DNA of 64,000 nucleotides from the NCBI GenBank assembly GCA_000004985.1, contig GG738852.1; one strand, written 5' to 3'. A program made the position numbers and the translations under genes. The stretch comes from Naegleria gruberi (Eukaryota). Under the pieces are notes generated by a model. It did no database searches. It was not told where the DNA came from and saw only the letters and a program-made list of their open reading frames with translations. Positions 42,746 to 53,314 of this stretch are shown here, one piece after another (the stretch's first letter is position 1; every line of letters begins with the position of its first letter).

Positions 42746-44857
42746 TTAATTTGTATTTTTATTCTTTTGGAATGAGCTATTTACCAATTGTTTACAATCA
42801 AAAATAAATACACGTAATAATTGAGAAAAGAATGTCACTTCGTTTGGATTTTCCACATATTCGTCAACCTCTTCAAGTGTTTGGAAATCATTGAGTTTCA
42901 GTTTTGGATATGATTCTCTAATAATAGTAAAAACTTGGTCCTCTGATGGGTAATTTCCGTACTTAGAGTAAATTTCCTCTCCTATTTCACTAATAATCAT
43001 TGAAACGTTTGTAAGTAATTGTCTATTAGTATTGACCTTTTTCAAATTTCTCTCCATCCAATCCAATAGCTCATCAAATACAGCACTTTGTCTTACAAAA
43101 TGATAAATCATTTGTTCATGATGTTTTCTTGTTGGTAAGAAGGCCTCTCCTTTAAGAATACCAAGATTAAACAATTTCAAAACCTTTTCCAATAGTTGAG
43201 ATGCCTTTTCCTTATCCTTACTACAATTATCCTTGGCAATAATATCACAAATCATTGTGAGAGCCTTCCATAGTGTATCCCAATCAACAGCAAATCTGAC
43301 ACGATACTTTCTACTTTGACAAATCAGTAAATGGATTGCAGAGAGGGCTCTCATTGCTAAATCGACTGGAAAATGTTTTCTCTGAAGGTGATGGAATATG
43401 AAATCAATTAGTAATTCCATAAGTACCTTGGCAAGTGTGCCGTATCCATTATATTGATTCTTAACAAAGACTGCCTTTTCCTTTTTGAATAGGAAAAAAT
43501 CAAGTTTCGTATTAATATCAAAAATGTACTTTCTAAAAACTTTCTTTTCAATTAAACATAATATCACTAATAAACAAAAATGTGTATAGTACTGGCTGGT
43601 AATATCTTCTGAAGTCTTTGAGAGTGTGCTATTGTTATTGACATGTTTGGTGGTATAGAATGGTTCTTGGAATAGAATTGAGGTAAATTTCAAAAATTCT
43701 TGGAAAATGAGAGGGCACAATTTAGTTGTTTTGGTTTTTTGCAATTCATCGAGTTGATCCTTGATATTTCTCTTTGGAGAGTCGGTTTTTTCATCAGATA
43801 TTTGAGCAAGTGATCTTGTCATTGAGCCTACAAAATCCTTATTATGATTGGCAAGTTCATAGAGCAAGAGTAGGGATCCTGAGATTTCATTAACACTTCT
43901 TGCTTTCTTACTAACTTGTTCAGTTGAGGAGCCAAATATACTAGACCATACATAATTTACAATTCCTGGTTGTTCTATTGATTTTTCAAAATCCTCATTC
44001 CAAACCAATAAAAATTTGGTAATAACATCTGCAAGTGCTATCATTGAAGATGGTTTTTGAATAGAGCCAATGTGAGCAATATACTTGTTATCAGTTTCGT
44101 ATTTTCTATAGTTGCAAAGTAGTGAAAGACAAATAATGGCATTCTTTTTCATCTTTCCTGAAAATGAAGGGTCTTCAATAACAAAGAGTAGTGGCTCAAA
44201 CACATCAACTAGAGTAAAGTAATCTATAATAGCATTTTGATTGGCATTATCTGCTCCTGTTAGTAAAATAATAAATAAAGCAAGAGTCATTTGTTTAACC
44301 TTTTTAACATCTTTTAACAGTAATTGACAACTCTTGGAAAGGAGGATTTTAAAAAATTCATCAGCACTTTGGAATCCACAAACCAAACTCATTATTCTCA
44401 CACTAAAATTATTCCACTTTTTCGAAAATAATCCTTTAAATATTATACAAAGTGTTTGAATGGCATTGGCCCTTCTAATTTGTGAATCATCATTCAAGTA
44501 AAATAGGCACTTCAAACAAAATGGATTCAATATCGTTTGTTCTATATTCATCAATTCCTCCTCAGTTTGTAGTACAATGGTATTTTCCAAAAATCCTATA
44601 TTAATTTTCAACAAGAACAGTTCATCCCAATAAGAATCTGGCTTTTCGAAAGGTTTGTTAGTTTCATCCCGATAGTTAAAGATTGTCTCGATCATGGCTA
44701 TATACTTCTCTCGGAACACTCCCGATGATCCATTAGTGCTAGTTATTTGTTGTAAAGAGGAGATTTGATTTTTTGGTGTGAGAGAGCCACTAGATGAAGA
44801 TGCGCTCATTTTTTTTAAGTGAATCTTCTTACCAACCACGTAATTGGCACGTGTCAT
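42746..44857 (-). CDS. Large conserved-looking hypothetical protein (703 aa), possibly alpha-helical
   Basis: Intronless ATG ORF, TAA stop. N-terminal motif EKYIAMIETIFNYRDETNKPFEKPDSYWDELFLLKIN. I cannot name the family. Confidence 0.5.
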   Translation of the reverse strand: MTRANYVVGKKIHLKKMSASSSSGSLTPKNQISSLQQITSTNGSSGVFREKYIAMIETIFNYRDETNKPFEKPDSYWDELFLLKINIGFLENTIVLQTEEELMNIEQTILNPFCLKCLFYLNDDSQIRRANAIQTLCIIFKGLFSKKWNNFSVRIMSLVCGFQSADEFFKILLSKSCQLLLKDVKKVKQMTLALFIILLTGADNANQNAIIDYFTLVDVFEPLLFVIEDPSFSGKMKKNAIICLSLLCNYRKYETDNKYIAHIGSIQKPSSMIALADVITKFLLVWNEDFEKSIEQPGIVNYVWSSIFGSSTEQVSKKARSVNEISGSLLLLYELANHNKDFVGSMTRSLAQISDEKTDSPKRNIKDQLDELQKTKTTKLCPLIFQEFLKFTSILFQEPFYTTKHVNNNSTLSKTSEDITSQYYTHFCLLVILCLIEKKVFRKYIFDINTKLDFFLFKKEKAVFVKNQYNGYGTLAKVLMELLIDFIFHHLQRKHFPVDLAMRALSAIHLLICQSRKYRVRFAVDWDTLWKALTMICDIIAKDNCSKDKEKASQLLEKVLKLFNLGILKGEAFLPTRKHHEQMIYHFVRQSAVFDELLDWMERNLKKVNTNRQLLTNVSMIISEIGEEIYSKYGNYPSEDQVFTIIRESYPKLKLNDFQTLEEVDEYVENPNEVTFFSQLLRVFIFDCKQLVNSSFQKNKNTN

Positions 44858-45022
44858 TCAGATTGTAATGCATCACATTCAATTATTAATTCGTAGAATT
44901 GAAAATAAAACTGTTATCTGTTTTATTCAGAATAAAGAAACTTTTTTTAAAACAAGGTAAAAGAAGAATCAGAGTCCAGATATTTAGTTTGGCAAATGTC
45001 TTCCACTGGTAAAGTTCAGTTA

Positions 45023-46331
45023 CTACTTTTGAATATTCAGCGTTTTGCTGGATACAAACGGAATAGTAGAATTATCAAAAACACCCGACCTTGATTCGGT
45101 AGGTTTGAAAGGGTAACTTAATTGTTTTTCCTTTGCATCTTTTCTTGTGATGGATCTAACTGGATCAATAAACTTCTCAGAGGCAAGAATAGTCTCTACA
45201 GGAATAACATCCTTCTTTTTCTTACATGGTACATAATTCTTTTTGGAGACTAGAGTAATTAGTTTCAATGTTGTTATTGTTATTCATTAGGTTAATTAAG
45301 CATTACTTACTTCTTGTATCTTTTTCAATCATATTCTCAAACCTAATGACTTCCTTATCTGTATCGTATTTACAAGAGTTTTGAATTGATCTTTCATAAG
45401 TCTTTTCTTTGATTGATACAACCTCTTCTGGTGGTTTGAAAGGGCCATGTCTTTTATCCTTATATCTCATTTTGTCCTTATCATTAATCGGTGGTAGAGG
45501 TTTATCCCTTTCTTGAAGATTTCCTTTAATTTGATCTGGATACAGGTAGGCAAGGGATGGATGTGTTTTCAGTTCCGAATTGTTGGATCTCATCAGAGTT
45601 GAATTTACAGGAACAACCTTCTTATTTTGAAGACTGTTAATATATTCAGTTTTTGCAACGTATCTCAATTGGTCTTCTACTGGAATTCCATATACAGTAT
45701 CCTCGGAAATATATCTATGATTTGGTTTGTAAACACCAGGAATGGCCTTTGTACTGACAAGGTGATGAAGGGACTTTGAATATTCTTGAAATTTTTCGTA
45801 GTCTTTCTTTTCCTTTTCATCTTGCATTTCCTCAGTTCTTTGTTGCTTGTATTGTTGTACATATTCGTTTGTGAGAGAACTTTGATGTTCAACAAAGGCC
45901 AAATACTCCTTTCTCTTATAATAATTATGTACATATTTTCTCACCCAAAATCCTCTGAATATCCTTTGAATTTGAGCTGCACAATAGTGATAGAGTTGAA
46001 TTCGCTCCTGTTTTTCTCGTTCCTCTTGCAGAAGTCTTTTCAATTTCCTTCCATAAAGATGTCCTCTAAATACTCTCTGAATTGTAATTACTTTATGTCT
46101 GAATTTAAGGAATGCACTTCTTACAATCCATCTTCTGTATGTTTTTTGAATTGAGAGCGCAGCCTTGTTTTCCTTATCTCTATTTGATTCCGCCTCCCTT
46201 TAAAATTTGTCAATTAATTATTCAATCCAATTTATATAATGATCGTACCTTCTGGCTTGAAAGAAACTCTCCATCACAATATCGGGAGAGAGTTCTAAGA
46301 AGATTTTAGGTCTATTTGTTCCTACAGACAT
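45023..46331 (-). CDS. IQ calmodulin-binding motif protein; 3 exons (46331-46249, about 46197-45311, about 45249-45023) with 51-nt and 61-nt introns
   Basis: Three IQ motifs (ALSIQKTYRRWIVRSAF, VITIQRVFRGHLYGRK, AAQIQRIFRGFWVRKY). Track ORF 45303..46043 starts at TTG with the frame open upstream. Exon 1 is ATG..AGAAG|gtacga, acceptor ttttaaag. GTAAGT donor overlaps the TAA at 45303, and a ctctag acceptor joins to track ORF 45023..45268 in phase (A+TC=Ile). Confidence 0.6.
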
Positions 46332-46592
46332 TTTTTTCAAGTTGTTTGACCAGTAAATTAAATGGCGGGAAATCATCTTCCATCACCTTTTACTTACCTT
46401 GAATCAAACGAAGCCTATTCTATTTCTGACAAATTGATAAATAGAATAATCTTCTATTGTTTTAACTATTAATTATGAAAATAAATCCTTTCGATAACAT
46501 CGCTTTATTCTCTCTAAATACCATATTTATTCAAATAGTACGCAGTTGAGTGACTCATCTATTTTTCTAAGGAATGAAAATTGTAGTTTTTT

Positions 46593-46604
46593 AGCGCCAA
46601 ATTT
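46593..46604 (+). promoter_or_regulatory. E2F-like site TAGCGCCAAAT, about 115 bp upstream of the ATG at 46715
   Basis: GCGCCAAA core. Confidence 0.4.
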
Positions 46605-46714
46605 CATTCCACTCTTTCACACCTGTTAAGGCTTTTTCATTGTTATTAAAATAACACTCTTAAAAAAACATTCAAAGTCAACTATCCTCACATACTAAAT
46701 GAAACTCATCAACA

Positions 46715-48076
46715 ATGGACAGAAGTGACTACGACAGTGAAGATGATCAGCAAAACTGGACAATCCCTGATACACAGGAGCAAGAAGAAGATACCACACC
46801 TCTCTTTGAGAATGTTTCACCTCAACCAAAATCTAGCGAAAGAGATTCGGTTCATCTTCATCAACTATATTACATTGACCAAGGTGAATGGAATGATTTC
46901 CAGAATAATCAGCAATCAAATCAACTCTCTCCAACATTGGATAATGTATCACCTAGCCTTGACTCTTCTCAATACCATCTTCAAGATAATCTTCTTCTAG
47001 GTATTAAGCAAGAGCCACCAACAACAACATTAGACAAGGCTCTTCTCATTGGAACCTCTCTTCCTAGCTTTATCAGAAAGAAACTTCCCAAAGAGGAGCA
47101 AGAAAAATTTGCCAACACCCGACTGCTCATGTTCAACAGAGATTATTTCTTTGCAGTGATGGACGAGGAGAACGACGAATTGGATCGCTTGGTATGCATT
47201 GATAAGGCTGACCTTACTCTCAATCCAAAAGATGATAATTATTCTGTAAAGAGAAGGCGAACATTTGCAACTTCCGATGATGAAGAAGAATCGATTGATA
47301 GTGAGTGTGACCTGTATGTTGATGAGGCAGAATCAGACGAATCAGCAGACTATAAAGAATATGAAGAATATGTGGATTTTGAAGAAGAGGATGTAGCAGA
47401 GGAAGAAATAGAAAAACCCAAACCTGTGAAACCTAAAAGAACAAGAGCTTCATCCTCAAAAGAAAATAGAGTTTCATCTTTATCATCCCAAATTGCTTCA
47501 TCTTCCTCCTCCGCAGAAAACTCATCCTCCACTGTACATAGAGTTTCATCAACATCAGATACAATACTTGTTCACTTCTTTGCAGATAAGATTGAGGAAG
47601 GAAGATACCTATCCTCCACTATTTATGCTCCGTGCAGAACTAAAACAGGAGCAAAAGCAGTCAAACCAAATGCCTATGTAAATAAGAGAACCACCATCAA
47701 ACAAACCGACAAGACACTGCTGCTAACAATTAGTAATCCATTTGGGAATTTAAATAGACATGATTTTGAAATTTGCATCATTGTGGATGATAGTTTCCAT
47801 GGAGAGGAATTAAAAGTGAGGGATCAGTTGAATGATAAGGAAATGCTTGTGAAAAAATTGATAAAAGACCCAGAAGAAGAAGACCTACTAACAATTGTAC
47901 ATCAGAAAAAGGTTGAAGAAGGATGGGAAATTGGTTGTCAAGTTAGCACTTCAAATAATTTTGGATGGAAATCAAAGCACAAGTATTACAAATTTCTAAT
48001 TCTATCCAACATTCAAAATGTCCACTCATGTGTTTCCGAAGAATTTAGAGTCTCTCAAAATGTAAGTTTTGTCTAA
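46715..48076 (+). CDS. Hypothetical acidic protein (453 aa in the main exon), possibly extended by two C-terminal mini-exons to about 48237
   Basis: ATG ORF, D/E-rich N-terminal half. A GTAAGT donor lies 2 codons before the stop. The downstream mini-exons would encode CAQNMRQSNKK and KKKQKKRKKHIS*. Confidence 0.5.
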   Translation: MDRSDYDSEDDQQNWTIPDTQEQEEDTTPLFENVSPQPKSSERDSVHLHQLYYIDQGEWNDFQNNQQSNQLSPTLDNVSPSLDSSQYHLQDNLLLGIKQEPPTTTLDKALLIGTSLPSFIRKKLPKEEQEKFANTRLLMFNRDYFFAVMDEENDELDRLVCIDKADLTLNPKDDNYSVKRRRTFATSDDEEESIDSECDLYVDEAESDESADYKEYEEYVDFEEEDVAEEEIEKPKPVKPKRTRASSSKENRVSSLSSQIASSSSSAENSSSTVHRVSSTSDTILVHFFADKIEEGRYLSSTIYAPCRTKTGAKAVKPNAYVNKRTTIKQTDKTLLLTISNPFGNLNRHDFEICIIVDDSFHGEELKVRDQLNDKEMLVKKLIKDPEEEDLLTIVHQKKVEEGWEIGCQVSTSNNFGWKSKHKYYKFLILSNIQNVHSCVSEEFRVSQNVSFV

Positions 48077-48267
48077 TTCCATGAATGCTTAATCTTAATA
48101 TTCCTCTCCTTCATCAGTGTGCTCAAAACATGAGACAGTCCAATAAGAAAAAGTAAGTCAATTGTTCAATGCCTTATTTCTTTACATTATTTTTAAAAAG
48201 AAAAAAGCAAAAGAAGAGAAAAAAACATATTTCCTAGATTGATTTTTTAATAAATTAGATCAATATG

Positions 48268-50679
48268 TTACTGAGTTGTAGCTCCAATAAATAAATCTTC
48301 TTCTTCGTCTCTCATTTCATCATCAGTTAAGGTGGCTTCTGTTTGAGTAGCTTCTCTATTTTCTGTTTGAGTTACTTCTTGTCTTTCTGGCTCATTCTCA
48401 TCTTCGGTATCTGAGAGAATTTCATTATCATTCTCTTCACCAATCTCAAGCCATTCCTCAATCTTCTTCTTCATAATGTGACGAACTTGTTCAAGTGCAT
48501 GATGGGAGTACCAACCTGATTTTGGATCACATTCTGCATTTTGATTCCACACATACTCTCTCAATCCTAGTTCTTCACCTGATTTGATGCCCAAAAGTAC
48601 ACCATAGGTTATTGGTATCTTTTCGTCCTTTTCTGCCATAATAATATTTTGTGCAGATGATAATCTAATATCACACAATTGATAAAACACTTGAATTTGT
48701 GTTGGTACTGAATTAAATTCATATGAAGCATTGTCATCATTTTCACCTTGATTCGTGTTTGCATTGGTACTCAAAACTGAAGAGGTTGCATTTGGTGCCA
48801 CGTTTTCATTTTCATTGTTTGGCTGGTCCTTATTTTGTCCTGAATACAAGTAATCATGCAAGTCAATGTGTAAATCAGTTCTTCTCTTTGGAAGACGTCT
48901 GAATTTGTTTGTTTCCATTTCGTCATCCTTCTTTTTACCTGCCAATGCATTGATTTTTGGTCTCAACTCTTGAGGAATTCTAAAATCTAACATTTGATAA
49001 TAGGCAGCACCCACATCTTTTTTAGGGTCGTAACCATATCGCACCCATAACATTCTCCAAGGACCACTCTTGTAGTGATAGGCAATTCTTGGAAGTACCA
49101 TTCTGAGTTTCCATCTATCCTTTCTACCTTCAAACTTACTTGTAATGGCACTTCTGGACCACATTGGTCTGATTTTTCTACTCTTTGAATCAGATAAATT
49201 GTCAATTGCTGATTCTTCATTTTCATTGTCAGGATAACCAAATAATTTTCTCAATTTCTTTTCCATATCAGTGTACAATTCCTTATCTTTAGCATTGACA
49301 ATATCTGGAGGTGGACCTGTTGGAACTTCATCTTCAAAGTTAATTTCAACACAATGAGGAACGTATTGCTTATTTTTCTTAATTAATCTCTTAAAATTGG
49401 AGCTACCATCGTGAGAAACGATTGGTACGACCTCTGAAAGTGGATTTTGCTTAAAGGCATAATCCATTGGCATGTCAAAACGTGAGAATATTGGTGGAGG
49501 TAAATCTAGCATTGCCTTATGATGTTTGGTATTCTTTCCTGTATGAGGATGCTCCAATGATGCTCTAGAAAGAAAAACCGTCGAGGTGGCTTCTGACAAT
49601 TCATCAGAATAATAAATACTTCTTTGTTGTGAGTTACGTGCATCTTGGTTTAAAGCTGTCGATGACTTGTTAGAATTGACATCATCTGTGTGCATTTCAT
49701 CTCCTTCATCTCCAATATTCGAAAAATTATTGCTAGCAGCATTTTCAGTTCCATTTTGATCATCATCCATAGATTGATCCAAATCGACATATTTTGGTTG
49801 AATATATTGAAAATCAGACATTCCTTTAAAATTCACAGTTTTTGAAATAGTTCCAATAACACTAATTTCCGAATTTGATGAGTCATACCTCGTGACTACC
49901 TTATCTCCAATAACTTTTTTAACTTTCTTTCTTCTGATTCGAACGAGTAAATTATTTGTTGAAGTGGCATCACCATAAACTGGATGACAACTCATAAAAT
50001 TGCCAGGTCTAAATCTACATTCCAAAAATTTAGAATCAGAATTTGGTGCTTCTTGTTCTTTCGAATTTTTACCATTTGCTATTGTTTGAGATGGTGGAGG
50101 TGGTGACTTTTTGTGTAATTTCTGAATACTTTTCATTCCTCCGAGCATTTGAATGGCATTCGAAACATTTTTCACTCTTCCAGGAAATAATACCATTGTA
50201 TATTTAGTTTCTGGTATTGAATAAATTGGAGCCTTTTCATAATTCATAGCTGGTGCCAGATATGAAATGATAGAAGCTTGCTGAGGTGTTACTACAGGGA
50301 CAGGTTGTCCAACCATCATGGAAGGAGATGTTGCATCATAGATAGGAATTGCTGAACCCAAATGTATTGATGGTGGTGGTATTAATGGTACTTCGGAATT
50401 GTTAATTGTGACTGGTTGTGTTCCTCCTTCTTCATTCTGTATTTGTGTTGGTTGATAGGAGGAGGAGAAGGATGAATTATTGTCATCATTGTCCACTATC
50501 ATCATGACTCCAACATTGCTGTTATTAGTTTCATGATTATTATTATTATTATTAAAATTATTTTCTTGTTGTTCCTGATTAACTACTACTACTTCCGAAT
50601 GGGGTGGTGTATTGTTTGTTCCATCTTCTTGTTGACTGTTTCGTTGTCGCCACAGTTGGTATTCTTGTTGGCTTATCAT
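48268..50679 (-). CDS. Putative TFIIIC subunit tau95/GTF3C5-like protein (803 aa)
   Basis: RPMWSRSAITSKF...LPRIAYHYKSGPWRMLWVRYGYDPKKDVGAAYYQMLDFRIPQ matches my recollection of the conserved GTF3C5 block (RPxWSR...AYYFxTGPWRxLWIRYGYDPR...YQVLDFRI). Recalled from memory, not searched. Confidence 0.5.
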   Translation of the reverse strand: MISQQEYQLWRQRNSQQEDGTNNTPPHSEVVVVNQEQQENNFNNNNNNHETNNSNVGVMMIVDNDDNNSSFSSSYQPTQIQNEEGGTQPVTINNSEVPLIPPPSIHLGSAIPIYDATSPSMMVGQPVPVVTPQQASIISYLAPAMNYEKAPIYSIPETKYTMVLFPGRVKNVSNAIQMLGGMKSIQKLHKKSPPPPSQTIANGKNSKEQEAPNSDSKFLECRFRPGNFMSCHPVYGDATSTNNLLVRIRRKKVKKVIGDKVVTRYDSSNSEISVIGTISKTVNFKGMSDFQYIQPKYVDLDQSMDDDQNGTENAASNNFSNIGDEGDEMHTDDVNSNKSSTALNQDARNSQQRSIYYSDELSEATSTVFLSRASLEHPHTGKNTKHHKAMLDLPPPIFSRFDMPMDYAFKQNPLSEVVPIVSHDGSSNFKRLIKKNKQYVPHCVEINFEDEVPTGPPPDIVNAKDKELYTDMEKKLRKLFGYPDNENEESAIDNLSDSKSRKIRPMWSRSAITSKFEGRKDRWKLRMVLPRIAYHYKSGPWRMLWVRYGYDPKKDVGAAYYQMLDFRIPQELRPKINALAGKKKDDEMETNKFRRLPKRRTDLHIDLHDYLYSGQNKDQPNNENENVAPNATSSVLSTNANTNQGENDDNASYEFNSVPTQIQVFYQLCDIRLSSAQNIIMAEKDEKIPITYGVLLGIKSGEELGLREYVWNQNAECDPKSGWYSHHALEQVRHIMKKKIEEWLEIGEENDNEILSDTEDENEPERQEVTQTENREATQTEATLTDDEMRDEEEDLFIGATTQ

Positions 50680-50738
50680 TTTTTTAATGTTGTGGAAACT
50701 TTAAACTGACACTTTTTAATTGTTGTTGAAAATTATTA

Positions 50739-51944
50739 CTATTTATTTTCTCTTCTTTCTTTGATTTCTCCCAAGAGCTTGTCCTTTTTAAGCGAGAATT
50801 CAGTTTTAATTCTTTCCATTTCTTCCATGAGTGCCTTTTTGTAATTTTCAACAATTTCATTGTTTGCATTGGAGTATTCTTGTCTGGTATGTTTTTGAAC
50901 TTGCAGTTCATTTTCAATATGTACCTCATTTACACTATCATTCGAGTCATCAGAGGTAGCAGATTTGTTAAGGAGTTCCATTCCTGACTGAGATGATCTC
51001 ATTTTAGTTAAGGTTGACCTGTCAAAAGGAAGCTTTTCTTCCGTTACAAACTCTTCATTAAGGTATTCCCTCATGTTGTATTGCACTAGGTTTGGAAGTT
51101 GCTCCTTAACGGAATCTTCTTCTAATACTAGAGGGTTTTGGTCAATGTTGAATATGATAAGGCTCTTTGGTAAGTTTTCCAAATCACAATATTCAATTAC
51201 ATTATTGGATAAGTCAAGGTATTGAAGTTTGTGGTTATCTGCCAATTCATTTTCCACACGTTTAATCTTGTTATCAAATAATGCTAAAAATACAAGGTGT
51301 GGCAAATATCTAAACTCATCAGATAACTCTGTAATAAAATTCTATTCTATGGTCAATAAATTTCATTCACTAAAACTTACACATTGCAGATAAATATGAG
51401 TCAAATGGCCATACAAATCCAAATTTTCAATTACATGAATATTACTACGATCCAAATTTAACTTTTTAAGCTCGAATAATGAAGTGTACAACTCGTCCTC
51501 ATCAGTTGGAATCTCAGTGAGACACTTGTCTGCCACTAACTTGGGTGTTATCTTTGTTGGTTTTTTGACTACTGTAGATTGAGTACGTTCCTTTTTCAAG
51601 TCATTTTCCATGTCCTTTATTGAATAAAATCCTTCACCAAGACCATCAGATTCATCATTATTCAGGTCAATATTTTCCGATAGAGTGCTTGATGTATCAT
51701 TGATCTCCACTTCTTGTTTCTCCTGTTCTTGTTGTTGCTTGGAGGGAGTAGAAGATTTTGATTCAGTCTTTTTTGCCACCTTTGGTTGTTGAGATGTTAC
51801 TACTGCACTTTTTGTAGTATTATTATTACGTTGTGGTTGTACAGTGTTTGGTGTTCTTTCCGATAAGGATTTGTTACTAGCCGAAGAGGTTGTAGTTTTT
51901 GTTGTTTTTGCACCTGTTGTTGTACTAGTTTTGGCGCCAATCAT
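50739..51944 (-). CDS. Leucine-rich-repeat protein with a C-terminal coiled-coil; 2 exons (51944-51381 and about 51326-50739)
   Basis: LRRs (LNLDRSNIHVIENLDLYGHLTHIYLQC | LSDEFRYLPHLVFLALFDNKIKRVENEL..LQYLDLSNNVIEYCDLENLPKSLIIFNIDQNPL). GTAAGT donor directly after TGT at 51381; the phase-0 acceptor acagag gives a 54-nt intron. S/T-rich N-terminus. Confidence 0.6.
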
Positions 51945-52012
51945 TTTTTTTTGTAGTTGAAAGTAATTTAAGGAAGCAACTCAAGCAACCAACCCAACCT
52001 GGTATCGGAAAA

Positions 52013-53167
52013 CTAATTATTTTCCCTTGTTGTGGGAGTGATTACTGGGTTTTTGCATGAGAGTTCTTCATTGAGGAAGGTAAATATATCGATCATACTC
52101 TTCATTAAGAATGCAAAGCAATTGGTATGAGTAAAATTGGCCGCCAAACAACCTAAAGGAACATAAAAAGCATTGGTCTGTAGAAGAAATTCAAAGAGAC
52201 TCTCATTCTCTTCACAAACATCCCAAGCAGCTGACCACTCTAAAAAGTATTCATAATAATACCTAAAGGTACCATGCTCATCAATGTTCCACACTGGTTT
52301 GCATGAAAGGAGTGACTCAGAGTGATCTCTTCTCACTCCATTAATTCCAACTAATTCCATCTTTAAAAGATTACTTAAAATTTTGTTCATGTCGGCAGAA
52401 ATTAAATATACAGTGGTTTGGTACTGTTCTCCAGAAAAAGATATTTCTATTTGCTTTTTTTCAAAATATGGATTTAGGGATTGGGTAGGAAGCCTAAGTG
52501 GAATTGAAAGCTTAGTCAATGTTCTCGTATAATCATTCACTGACTCTCCATTTACAGTAACACTCACTTGTCCAATAGTTTGTGTATCAAAATTGATTTG
52601 TACATATTCTCTTGGATTTCCAAAGTAAAAAGTTCTAAATAAATTGATCGTCAAATCCTTGTTATTTCTTCCTCTAACAACTTCATGAGAATTGGCAATT
52701 TTACGTAAAACATCATCGCTCAACAATTGCAACAACCTGTCAGACACGATACTGAACACCAATTTTTTCTGAAGTGGATTGAGTGTATTATCTGCAATTT
52801 GTTTGTTAAAATTATCTACATTGGTTGGATTTCTAATTAGATACTTGATGACTTTGTATCGAAGACTATTCTTTCCTCTAGCATCAATATCATAGGCATC
52901 TAGTGTTAATCTTCCGATCAGACTTTGATTGGTAATCTTCACCCTAGTTGCATTTCTAGATCGTTTATGAATATTAATTTCATTATTTGTGATGGTTTTA
53001 ATAACACTCTTTGTTTTCGTAATGTACACTAGTGTACGCACATTGTCGAGTGATAAATCCTCATCATATAGAGCACTTCCAGACTTGGACTCTATAAGTG
53101 ATGAAGAATTATAATCCTCTGATGATGTTGTTTTTCCACCTTCTTCTTCGTTCGTTTCCATCAACAC
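52013..53167 (-). CDS. Hypothetical protein (384 aa)
   Basis: ATG ORF, TAG stop, no recognised family. Confidence 0.45.
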   Translation of the reverse strand: MLMETNEEEGGKTTSSEDYNSSSLIESKSGSALYDEDLSLDNVRTLVYITKTKSVIKTITNNEINIHKRSRNATRVKITNQSLIGRLTLDAYDIDARGKNSLRYKVIKYLIRNPTNVDNFNKQIADNTLNPLQKKLVFSIVSDRLLQLLSDDVLRKIANSHEVVRGRNNKDLTINLFRTFYFGNPREYVQINFDTQTIGQVSVTVNGESVNDYTRTLTKLSIPLRLPTQSLNPYFEKKQIEISFSGEQYQTTVYLISADMNKILSNLLKMELVGINGVRRDHSESLLSCKPVWNIDEHGTFRYYYEYFLEWSAAWDVCEENESLFEFLLQTNAFYVPLGCLAANFTHTNCFAFLMKSMIDIFTFLNEELSCKNPVITPTTRENN

Positions 53168-53314
53168 ACAGATTGTTTAAAAATTTGAGTATCCTTGACA
53201 ACAGGGTTTTGGCTGTATGGCAATATTTTTTGTTTGATGAATTTTATTATTTTTAAATTGTAGGCTGAAGAATGGAAAATTTAATTGTATTGGAAATATG
53301 ACTTCACTAATATT

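Noticed and set aside
51931-51940. Fifth GGCGCCAAAA motif as a regulatory E2F site
   Set aside because: It lies inside the CDS of the LRR gene (codons Gly-Ala-Lys-Thr right after the ATG), so it is more likely coding coincidence than a promoter element
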